From: an uncultured Erysipelotrichaceae bacterium
Lineage (GTDB): Bacteria > Bacillota_I > Bacilli_A > RF39 > UBA660
Length of the DNA: 64,000 bases
NCBI GenBank assembly: GCA_902798815.1
Contig: CADBYH010000004.1
Coordinates: forward strand, 9,610 to 73,609
Reading direction: 5' to 3'
Shown here: one piece after another, positions 26,201-33,721 of the stretch
Layout of the letters: each line of letters opens with the position of its first letter
Numbering within the stretch: the stretch's first letter is position 1
Program-made: the position numbers and the translations under genes
Notes under the pieces: model-generated
Databases searched by the model: none
The model's input: only the letters and a program-made list of their open reading frames with translations
Told to the model about the DNA's origin: nothing

Positions 26201-27832
26201 GCTCATTATAGATGTGAAAAATGTAAACATAGTATTTTTGATGATAATGATGGTAATCCACTAGGTGCTACTTATTCTTCAGGATTTGATTTACCTGATA
26301 GAGAATGTCCTAATTGCCATATTCCAATGATAAAAGATGGACAAGATATGCCATTTGCAACATTCTTAGGATTTAATGCCGATAAAGTTCCAGATATAGA
26401 TTTAAATTTCTCAGATTTAAATCAGGCAAGCGCTCATGCTTATACAAAAGTCTTATTTGGTGAAGATAATGTTTATAGGGCAGGAACAATAGGTACAGTT
26501 GCGGATAAAACAGCATTTGGATTTGTTAAAGGTTATTTAGAAGAACGTGAAATTGAAGATGTAAGAACTGCTGAAATAGAAAGATTAGCTTTAGGTTGTA
26601 CAGGTGTTAAAAGAACTACTGGACAGCATCCTGGAGGTATTGTTGTTATTCCTGATTATATGGAAGTATCTGATTTTACTCCGTATCAATTTCCAGCAGA
26701 AGATGCTACTGCAGAATGGAGAACAACACACTTTGATTACCATTCAATAGATCAATGTTTATTAAAACTTGATATTTTAGGACATAGTGATCCTACTCAG
26801 TTAAGATTAATTCAGCTGCAATCTGGAACAGATATTTTAAAAGTTCCACTTGATGATAAAGAGACGATGTCGATTTTTACTTCAACTGAGGCATTAGGAG
26901 TTACTAAAGATCAGATTATGTGTAATACAGGAACATTAGGTATACCTGAATTTGGTACTCCATTTACAATTAAGCTTGTTGAGGATACTAAACCTACTAC
27001 TTTTGCAGAACTTATTAAGATTTCTGGACTTTCACATGGTACTGATGTATGGCTTGGAAACGCCCAGGAGTTAATTGCTAATAATATAGTTCCTTTTAAA
27101 GAAACTATTGGTTGTCGTGATGATATTATGGTTTATTTGATGTATCATGGTGTTAAACCGATAAAAGCATTCAAGATTATGGAGTTTGTTCGTAAAGGAA
27201 GAGCAAGTAAGGATCCAGATACTTGGAAAGAACATGTTAAAACTATGGAAGATGCTAATATACCTGATTGGTTTATTGGTTCTTGTCAAAAAATCAAATA
27301 CATGTTCCCTAAAGCACATGCTGCAGCATATGTTATTTCTGCATTTAGGATTGCTTGGTATAAAGTTCATATGCCAGTATACTTTTATTCTTCTTGGTAT
27401 TCTTCTAAAGCTACTGATGTTGATGTAGATAGTATGATAAAGGGTTATCAATCTATAAAAACACGGTTAGAAGATATATTAGATAAAGGATATGAAGCAA
27501 CTAATAAAGAGAATGGACAAGCAGAATCTTTAAAGATTGCTTTGGAGGCAGCTGCTAGAGGAATTAAATTTTTAAATGTTGATTTATATGAATCAGATTC
27601 AACAGTTTGGATAGCAAAAAATGATAAAGAGATTTATCCACCTTTTAACTCAATAGAAGGACTTGGAGATACTGTTGCTAAAAATATTGTTGAAGAAAGA
27701 AAGAAAGGTAAATTTATAAGTATAGAAGATGTTCAAAATAGAGCAAAAATATCTCAGACTTTGATAGATAGAATGAAGACTATGGGAATATTTAAAGATT
27801 TACCAGATTCAAATCAATTATCGTTATTTTAA
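23216..27832 (+). CDS. polC: DNA polymerase III PolC-type alpha subunit
   Basis: PHP motif HCHTKMSQMDG, DEDDh exonuclease motifs VFDFETTG/HNAKFDVSFL, Zn finger CEKCKH...CPNCH, polymerase core PDIDLNF. Confidence 0.97.
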   Translation: MDSKIKILLDKVNIGEDYFQYFNDAKISKIKISSKTNKWNIFIDIDKLLPVDVYKELDENKMLLDENAKDITFVFNIKHLDINNLIDYYDYLLELLKDDLKVIELYKDCLRVEDNSLVFVVSTEMEKERISKVISKIEKFYKRLSYNDKIDIIVREDSNIYEEIQNELNNIEISMPVEAKKVEKKEETVKKQYRREAKDENNVIGRGIKDDPIKIKSIIGEDNNVVVEAKVFGVDYFESSKTDFKIITLKITDYSDSMYCKVFVREDEEYKRISKELKVGNWYKIRGASINDRYSKELVINARDILKVDHKEQVIEDTSDEKRVELHCHTKMSQMDGLADEVDVIKQAMKFGMKAVAITDHNGVQGFPHVFNFVTSHNKNLKDGEEPFKAIYGAELVMIDDSVDIVIRPNDKDMLSQTYVVFDFETTGFNAGGADSIIEIGAVKIKDGEIVEKYDELINPGRPLPQKIIDVTNITDEMLKDKDNEENAVKRFIEWFGDLPMVAHNAKFDVSFLEMAYKKYNLGTFKNPVIDTLELSRTMDSTYGRHSLSALVKRYDVPWDEEAHHRGDYDAEGTALVFHKMMKKLSNRNIEKMSELDKLVDKSEIHKFGRAHHINLLVKNKVGLKNLFKLVSYANTTYLYKTPRILRSVIDEYRDGLLIGSGCYESEVFRQAKSKSDDELSNIIRFYDYVEVQPVECYSHLLQSNDFASKSEIIANIEKIIRVTKEAGKIIVATGDVHHISRDDKIFREIIVNQKVPGGGRHPLARYGIKDIPSNHFRTTNEMLEDFNFLDDDLAHEIVIDNTNKIADMCEIVEVIIDTGGIPFSPRVKSDDGKSYLDCPVVVTDLVYTKAKDWYGEPLPYMIEERIATELYGDIVFKIISEKYSNDKLPDEEFQKIIHKELHDEILKGSDNIKKLVTEYAKKTSDEELDEKELEKKVKKMLGGVIGGGFDPIYLISQRLVKHSNDEGYLVGSRGSVGSSFVATMMGITEVNPLSAHYRCEKCKHSIFDDNDGNPLGATYSSGFDLPDRECPNCHIPMIKDGQDMPFATFLGFNADKVPDIDLNFSDLNQASAHAYTKVLFGEDNVYRAGTIGTVADKTAFGFVKGYLEEREIEDVRTAEIERLALGCTGVKRTTGQHPGGIVVIPDYMEVSDFTPYQFPAEDATAEWRTTHFDYHSIDQCLLKLDILGHSDPTQLRLIQLQSGTDILKVPLDDKETMSIFTSTEALGVTKDQIMCNTGTLGIPEFGTPFTIKLVEDTKPTTFAELIKISGLSHGTDVWLGNAQELIANNIVPFKETIGCRDDIMVYLMYHGVKPIKAFKIMEFVRKGRASKDPDTWKEHVKTMEDANIPDWFIGSCQKIKYMFPKAHAAAYVISAFRIAWYKVHMPVYFYSSWYSSKATDVDVDSMIKGYQSIKTRLEDILDKGYEATNKENGQAESLKIALEAAARGIKFLNVDLYESDSTVWIAKNDKEIYPPFNSIEGLGDTVAKNIVEERKKGKFISIEDVQNRAKISQTLIDRMKTMGIFKDLPDSNQLSLF

Positions 27833-27854
27833 GGATGAATAATTCATCCTTTTT
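27832..27854 (+). terminator. intrinsic terminator after polC
   Basis: AGGATGAA-taa-TTCATCCT followed by TTTT. Confidence 0.6.
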
Positions 27855-27897
27855 AATTGTTATTATTTATGATAATATTTATATAAGAGGTGAAGTT

Positions 27898-28950
27898 ATG
27901 AAAAGAAAAATATTATTATTAGTTACTATTTTGTTAGTAATGTTGTGTATTCCAGTATATGCAGAAGAAAATGTTGGGATTAAAGAATTTGTTTCATTAG
28001 ATGGTGTTAAGGAATCAACTACATTTTCAATGGGAAATAGTATTGAATCTGTAGCAAATGTTGATGGAATAAACTTTATATTTGGAAATAATATATTTGT
28101 AAGTGGAGAAAACGATTATTTATTTGTTGCTGGTAATACAGTTAGATTAGCTAAGTTGAGTACAAAAGATGCTTTTGTAACAGGTACAGCTATTGTTGTT
28201 AGTCAATCTAATATTAGAGATTTGTATGCTGCTGCTCAGGTTGTTAAAATTACATCTGAAATTTCAAGAAATGTTTATGTAGGATGTGATGAATTGATAA
28301 TTGATAGTCCAGTTAATGGAGATGTTTATGTTTCCGCAGATAAAATAACTATAGGTTCTAATGCAAATATTTCTGGAACATTAAAGTATCCAAAAAATGC
28401 TGATATTTCAATTAGTAAGGCAGCAACAGTTAATAAAACAAAGACATATAAAAATAAAGAAGCAACTACTAAATTTTCAATAAAGAATTTTATAATTAAG
28501 TTTATGATTTCATTCTTATCAATTACTTTAATTGCCTTTGTATTATTATTTGTTAAAGAAAAGATGTTTAAAAATATAGAAAAAATGGATAAGAAATTTT
28601 CAAGTATTTTAAAAACTATATTATTAGGAATAGCATTTATAATTTTAATACCATTGATTGTAATTTTATTGATGTGTTCAACAATAGGTTTTTCTCTAAG
28701 TGTTATAATTATACTTTTATATGGAATATTATGTTATATATCAGGTATACCAACTGCATATTATTTTGGTAATCTAGCATTTAAAGGAAAAATAAAAAAT
28801 AAATATTTATTATTAGCATTATCTTTATTCATTATTTGCATATTAAGAAAGATTCCATATGTAGGAATTGCTGTTACAATTATTTCATTATGTTTTGGAT
28901 TAGGACTTTATACAAAACTTATTAAAGATTCTATAAAAATTAAAAAGTAA
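27898..28950 (+). CDS. exported protein with a bactofilin-like repeat region and a C-terminal multi-TM domain
   Basis: Signal peptide MKRKILLLVTILLVMLCIPVYA. Repetitive G.V.V/GDVYV beta-helix-like segment, then several TM segments. Confidence 0.6.
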   Translation: MKRKILLLVTILLVMLCIPVYAEENVGIKEFVSLDGVKESTTFSMGNSIESVANVDGINFIFGNNIFVSGENDYLFVAGNTVRLAKLSTKDAFVTGTAIVVSQSNIRDLYAAAQVVKITSEISRNVYVGCDELIIDSPVNGDVYVSADKITIGSNANISGTLKYPKNADISISKAATVNKTKTYKNKEATTKFSIKNFIIKFMISFLSITLIAFVLLFVKEKMFKNIEKMDKKFSSILKTILLGIAFIILIPLIVILLMCSTIGFSLSVIIILLYGILCYISGIPTAYYFGNLAFKGKIKNKYLLLALSLFIICILRKIPYVGIAVTIISLCFGLGLYTKLIKDSIKIKK

Positions 28951-28996
28951 TTATACTTTTTAGTTTTTTTATTTTATAATTAAATTGGTGATATCT

Positions 28997-30391
28997 ATGG
29001 ATTATTCTATTCTTGTTAATAAAGATAATAAAATTAAAAGTAATTATATTGATAGGATTAATTTGATTAAAACTAAAGATGTTGAAGGAATTGATGTTTT
29101 TGTTGAAGAGAAAACATATAATGCTTATTTAGATTTAAAGAATTTTTTGTTTGAGAAAAATATAGAAATAGGTATTTCTTCTGCTTATAGAAGTATAGAT
29201 GAGCAGATTAATATATATAATGATTTTATTAATAGGTATGGTAAAGATTATGCAGACAAGTATGTTGCAATTCCTGAATATTCTGAACACCATACAGGTC
29301 TTGCTATTGATATTAATATTAAAATAGATGATAAATATCCTAGTAATAATAACGAATTAATGGCTCAAAAAAAGTATTATGAAGATATACATAAATATTT
29401 AAAAGATTTTGGTTTTATTTTAAGATATCCTGAAGGAAAAGAAGATATTACTGGATATCCATATGAACCTTGGCATTATAGATATGTTGGAAAGTTTATA
29501 GCGAATATTATAAGTGAAAATAATATGTGTTTAGAGGAGTATAAGTCATCATTTTCAGGTATTTTAATTGTTAATAAGGAAAAGGGATGTACTTCTTTTG
29601 ATATTGTTAATAGAATAAGTAAGTTATTTGGTATTAAGAAAATAGGACATACAGGTACGTTAGATCCTCTTGCTGAGGGAGTATTAATTGTATGTATTGG
29701 ACAAGCTACAAAAGTAGTTGAATTATTAACTGCTGAAGATAAGGAATATATTGCTAAAGTAAAATTAGGATTAAAAACAGATACTTACGATATAGAAGGT
29801 AAAGTTATCGAAGAAAAATTAGTTGAAGATGTTAATATTGAAGATATTGTTAATTCTTATAAGAAAACTTATATGCAAGAAGTACCAATTTATTCTGCAG
29901 TTAAAGTTAATGGTAAAAAATTATATGATTATGCAAGAGAAAATAAAAAAGTAAAATTACCTAAAAAAGAAGTAACTATTAAAGAAATAGAAATATTAGA
30001 TAAATTTAATGACTCATTTGTATTTAGAACTCTTGTTACTAAAGGTTGTTATATTAGGAGTTTGATAAATGATATTGGAAATGATTTAGGTTGTGGGGCT
30101 ATAATGACATCTTTAATAAGAACTAAACAAGGTAATATATCAATAGATAAATCTTATACAATCTCTGATATAGAAAATGGTAATTATAAAATGTATAAAA
30201 TAGAAGATTTATTAGATTATCCAAAAATTATAGTAGATTCAGAAGAAGAATTTAAAATAAAAAATGGAATGAAAATATTTAATAAATGGAAGATAAAAGA
30301 TAAAGTTATGTTCTTTAATAAACATAACAAATTACTTGGTATATATGAAGTTGATAATCAGAAATTAAGAGTATGGAAGAATTTTAATTAA
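28997..30391 (+). CDS. truB: in-frame fusion: VanY-like D-Ala-D-Ala carboxypeptidase (M15B) domain + tRNA pseudouridine-55 synthase TruB
   Basis: N-terminal half has SAYRSIDEQ, SEHHTGLAIDI and EPWHYRYVG. C-terminal half has GILIVNKEKGCTSFDIV and GHTGTLDPLAEG (catalytic Asp). No stop and no canonical start between the two halves. Confidence 0.8.
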   Translation: MDYSILVNKDNKIKSNYIDRINLIKTKDVEGIDVFVEEKTYNAYLDLKNFLFEKNIEIGISSAYRSIDEQINIYNDFINRYGKDYADKYVAIPEYSEHHTGLAIDINIKIDDKYPSNNNELMAQKKYYEDIHKYLKDFGFILRYPEGKEDITGYPYEPWHYRYVGKFIANIISENNMCLEEYKSSFSGILIVNKEKGCTSFDIVNRISKLFGIKKIGHTGTLDPLAEGVLIVCIGQATKVVELLTAEDKEYIAKVKLGLKTDTYDIEGKVIEEKLVEDVNIEDIVNSYKKTYMQEVPIYSAVKVNGKKLYDYARENKKVKLPKKEVTIKEIEILDKFNDSFVFRTLVTKGCYIRSLINDIGNDLGCGAIMTSLIRTKQGNISIDKSYTISDIENGNYKMYKIEDLLDYPKIIVDSEEEFKIKNGMKIFNKWKIKDKVMFFNKHNKLLGIYEVDNQKLRVWKNFN

Positions 30392-30404
30392 TTCTTCTTT
30401 TATT

Positions 30405-30433
30405 TTGACTATTTTCAAGATTTATGGTATAAT
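30405..30433 (+). promoter_or_regulatory. sigma-A promoter (TTGACT-17 nt-TATAAT)
   Basis: Read directly from the sequence. Precedes the tandem paralog pair. Confidence 0.6.
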
Positions 30434-30468
30434 ACATCACTGATTTATGGGGATATAGGTGATATATA

Positions 30469-31296
30469 GTGGAAGCAAATGATGTTTTATTTGATATAAA
30501 AAAAACAGGTAGATTGTTAGTAAAAAGTGAAGAAAAACAATATAACAATATTTATTATTGTACTAACGAGGATTTGGCTGCTTTAGTAAAAAGATTTGAT
30601 GTATCTGGAAAGGATATTTTATCTGTATTAGGTAGTGGGGATCAGGCGTTTTATTTTTATGTTAATGGAGCAAAGAGTGTAGATTTATTTGATATTAATA
30701 AATTGACAATCTATTACTATTATTTAAGATTATGGGTAATTAAATATATTGGTGATTATTATCCGGATATAGAGTTTTCTACTTATATAGAAGATTTATT
30801 ATCTATAGTTAAACTTGAATCAGAAGATGAAGAGTTTGCTTTACTATATTGGAAAATGTTTATTAGTAATTATTCTGTAGATTCAATGAAAGCACTATTT
30901 AATTTTAATAATTCTTCTATGAATTATAATCGTATGGAAGATGTTTCAGAATTGCGAGAAAAAATTCAAGGTAAAAAACCGGTTTTTTATAATTTAGATA
31001 TAACTGAAGATGTTTCTAGACAAGTTAATAAGAAATATGATGTAGTGTATGTTTCTAATATTAGAAACTGGATAAATATAAGTGGTAAATCATGGGAGCA
31101 ATATCGAAATAGTTTGTATTATTTATTAGGAGACAAAGGAGTTATTTTATGTTCGAATGTTGTTTCGGAAGGTCCTTATGAAAAAGAAGATATAATTTTT
31201 AGAAGAAACTTTATTTTTAAAAATTTAGGTAGAGAGGATACATATGCATTATTCAAACTTAGTAGACCTGGTTATACATATGTAAAAAGAAGGTAA
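30469..31296 (+). CDS. Rossmann-type SAM-dependent transferase-like protein (BtaA/DUF3419-like pattern), paralog 1
   Basis: NED...ILSVLGSGDQAFYF...VDLFDINKLTIYYYYLRLW...YDVVYVSNI pattern. Paralogous to the next gene. Confidence 0.45.
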   Translation: MEANDVLFDIKKTGRLLVKSEEKQYNNIYYCTNEDLAALVKRFDVSGKDILSVLGSGDQAFYFYVNGAKSVDLFDINKLTIYYYYLRLWVIKYIGDYYPDIEFSTYIEDLLSIVKLESEDEEFALLYWKMFISNYSVDSMKALFNFNNSSMNYNRMEDVSELREKIQGKKPVFYNLDITEDVSRQVNKKYDVVYVSNIRNWINISGKSWEQYRNSLYYLLGDKGVILCSNVVSEGPYEKEDIIFRRNFIFKNLGREDTYALFKLSRPGYTYVKRR

Positions 31297-31301
31297 TTGT
31301 T

Positions 31302-32108
31302 GTGAGCGAATTAGAAGAAGATATTCAAGGAACAGGAAGGGTATTTGATGGGACAGAAAGATATTTCTTCTCTAAATATTCACCAGTGTATTATAAAACA
31401 AATGAAGATTTAGATGAATTATTTAAAAGCTTTGATTTTCAAGGAAAAAAAGTCTTATCTGTATTAGGTAGTGGGGATCAAGCTTTATATTTTTTAGATC
31501 ATAATGCAAGTAGAGTTGATGTTTTTGATATAAATAAATTATCATTTTACTATTATTATTTAAGGATATGGGCAATAAAATATTTTAATGCTAAATATCT
31601 TATTAATATAAGTCCTAGTATTATTAAAGAATTGTTATTTTTTGTTAGACCAGAAAATAAACAAGAAGAGAAAGCTTATAGTTATTGGGTTAAGTATATT
31701 GAATTATATTCAAACAGATGTATTGATTTCTTTTTTAATGACTCATGTACTGTTAGTAATAGAAGATATGATATTAATTATTTAAAATATAGAATGATGG
31801 AGCTTGACTTTAATTATTACAATGTTGATGTTTCTAAAGTTAAAGATATTGGAGAAGAATATGATGTTATTTACACTTCGAATATTTCTGAATATTTTTT
31901 AACAAGTGAAGAAATTGATAAATATAGAGAAAGTATGTGTAATTCTTTGGGTGATGGTGGAATAGTTATTTCAAGTAATGTTGCTCGAAAATTTCCAACT
32001 TTAAAAGAAAAATTAGTAATGAGTAAGAGTTTTAAATATCATGATTTATCTTTTGTTGATATTATTAATCCTAATTCTAAAGGGTATTATTATACAAAGA
32101 GAAGATAA
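31302..32108 (+). CDS. Rossmann-type SAM-dependent transferase-like protein, paralog 2
   Basis: NED...VLSVLGSGDQALYF...VDVFDINKLSFYYYYLRIW...YDVIYTSNI. Shares a nearly identical (26 of 27) nucleotide block with paralog 1 (ttatctgtattaggtagtggggatca...). Confidence 0.45.
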   Translation: MSELEEDIQGTGRVFDGTERYFFSKYSPVYYKTNEDLDELFKSFDFQGKKVLSVLGSGDQALYFLDHNASRVDVFDINKLSFYYYYLRIWAIKYFNAKYLINISPSIIKELLFFVRPENKQEEKAYSYWVKYIELYSNRCIDFFFNDSCTVSNRRYDINYLKYRMMELDFNYYNVDVSKVKDIGEEYDVIYTSNISEYFLTSEEIDKYRESMCNSLGDGGIVISSNVARKFPTLKEKLVMSKSFKYHDLSFVDIINPNSKGYYYTKRR

Positions 32109-32124
32109 TAATTAGAACAAATGA

Positions 32125-32153
32125 TTGACTTTTTTGTAATTTTGTAGTATAAT
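32125..32153 (+). promoter_or_regulatory. sigma-A promoter (TTGACT-17 nt-TATAAT)
   Basis: Read directly from the sequence. Confidence 0.6.
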
Positions 32154-32191
32154 TAGTCTGCTTATTTGAGAGAGAATAGAAGGGGATTCAA

Positions 32192-33370
32192 ATGAAGAGA
32201 ATGAAAAATTTATATGAAATATTAGGTGTAAGTATGGATGCTACTAGTAAAGAAATTAAATCAGCTTATTGTAGACTTGCTAAAAAATATCATCCAGATG
32301 CTTATCCCGATAGAACATTTACTGAAGAAGAAGAAAAAGAAATGCGTATTAAATTCACAGAAGTTGTTGATGCATATAAAATCTTAAAAGATGAAAATTT
32401 AAGAAGAACATATGACATTAATTTTCAGTTGAATGAAGAACGTATAAAAAGAGAAGAAGCAAAAGCTAGGGAAGCTCATAGAAGAGAAAGAGTAAAAGAC
32501 TATGGTGATTTCTTTAAAGAAGTTGATGAAGATTCAAAGAGAAATACTTCAAAAACTAAAAAAAGAAGAACTAAAAAGCATACTGTATTTTCAACTATTA
32601 GAGATTCATATAGAGAAGTTAAAGAAGATGAAGCTAAAATTCCGTTTTCTAAACGTCATTCTAATATGAATCAAAAATATTATAATAAATATGCTAGTAA
32701 AGTTGATAATGTTCCAGAATTAGTGTTGTTTAGAACAGGTCAGGTTTCTTCTCACATTTTAATGGAATTGATATATCAATTAAGTAAATTAAGTTATATT
32801 AATAAAGATAATGTAGTTAAATTTACTATAAGAAATAGAATTTTTCTATCTTCACTTGCAGCTTTAATAATAGTATTATCACATGCTATGGCTAATACTA
32901 ATGAAAATGGAAATGTTATTGATAGTGATTTACTTGCTGGTGAAGATCAATCAGTAGTTTCAATGAATGTAGATTCTGAAGATGTTAATTTAATTGAAAT
33001 TCATACTATTGAATTTGGTGAGTCTTTATCAAGTTTATCTATTAAGTCTAATTCAACAATCAATAGTATTAAATCATTAAATGGATTAAAATCAGATACT
33101 ATATATGCAGGAAGTAAAATAAAAGTTCCTTATTATATAGCAGGTGAAGATTTAAAATATTATACTAAAGTGGTTAGTGCTGGTAATTTATCAATATATG
33201 AATTAGCAAATATGTATTCAACTGATGTTGATACTATAATTAGTCTTAATAAAGATGCTGTAACAAGTATTGATGGTGTATCTGTTTTAATGACGGATTC
33301 TGTAGTTGTTCCTGAATTTATAAGCAGAAAAGAATTGACAGAGAAAAAAGGATATACTAAAAGATATTAA
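32192..33370 (+). CDS. J-domain / TM / tandem LysM protein
   Basis: J domain NLYEILGV...KSAYCRLAKKYHPD, hydrophobic helix IFLSSLAALIIVLSHAMA, and two LysM-like units (HTIEFGESLSSLS...YAGSKIKVP; VVSAGNLSIYELANMYSTDVDTIISLN). Confidence 0.7.
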   Translation: MKRMKNLYEILGVSMDATSKEIKSAYCRLAKKYHPDAYPDRTFTEEEEKEMRIKFTEVVDAYKILKDENLRRTYDINFQLNEERIKREEAKAREAHRRERVKDYGDFFKEVDEDSKRNTSKTKKRRTKKHTVFSTIRDSYREVKEDEAKIPFSKRHSNMNQKYYNKYASKVDNVPELVLFRTGQVSSHILMELIYQLSKLSYINKDNVVKFTIRNRIFLSSLAALIIVLSHAMANTNENGNVIDSDLLAGEDQSVVSMNVDSEDVNLIEIHTIEFGESLSSLSIKSNSTINSIKSLNGLKSDTIYAGSKIKVPYYIAGEDLKYYTKVVSAGNLSIYELANMYSTDVDTIISLNKDAVTSIDGVSVLMTDSVVVPEFISRKELTEKKGYTKRY

Positions 33371-33420
33371 GAAAATGCTTTGTAAAATAAAAAAAATATG
33401 TTATAATACAATACAGAAAG

Positions 33421-33457
33421 GAGTGGGAAAGAGATTATCCCACTCTTATTATTTATT
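33421..33457 (+). promoter_or_regulatory. leader hairpin/attenuator upstream of the rimP-nusA-infB operon
   Basis: GAGTGGGA-aagagatta-TCCCACTC followed by a T-rich tract. Lies downstream of TGTTATAAT at 33399-33407. Confidence 0.45.
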
Positions 33458-33468
33458 AGGAGGTGACT

Positions 33469-33720
33469 ATGAAAGATAAAATTAGTGAACTTGTAAATGA
33501 TAAAATTAGTGATTTAAATATGTTTGTTGATGATGCATTTATAAGTGAAGAGGAAGGAAAAAGAATATTTAATATTGTAGTTGATAGTGATGAAGTTATT
33601 GATTTAAACAGAGTAACTGATGCCTCAAGAATAATAAATAAAATAATTGATTCTAATCCTGATGTATTAGATGATTGTGATGAATTAGATATTTATTCAA
33701 AAGAGAAGGGAGATAATTAA
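33469..33720 (+). CDS. rimP: ribosome maturation factor RimP, N-terminal-domain-only form (83 aa)
   Basis: Lies immediately upstream of nusA. Weak RimP N-domain pattern. About half the usual length. Confidence 0.55.
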   Translation: MKDKISELVNDKISDLNMFVDDAFISEEEGKRIFNIVVDSDEVIDLNRVTDASRIINKIIDSNPDVLDDCDELDIYSKEKGDN

Positions 33721-33721
33721 A

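Noticed and set aside
27186-27428. Same-strand, out-of-frame ORF inside polC
   Set aside because: It is embedded in the conserved polymerase core of polC, has no RBS, and its translation is low-complexity.
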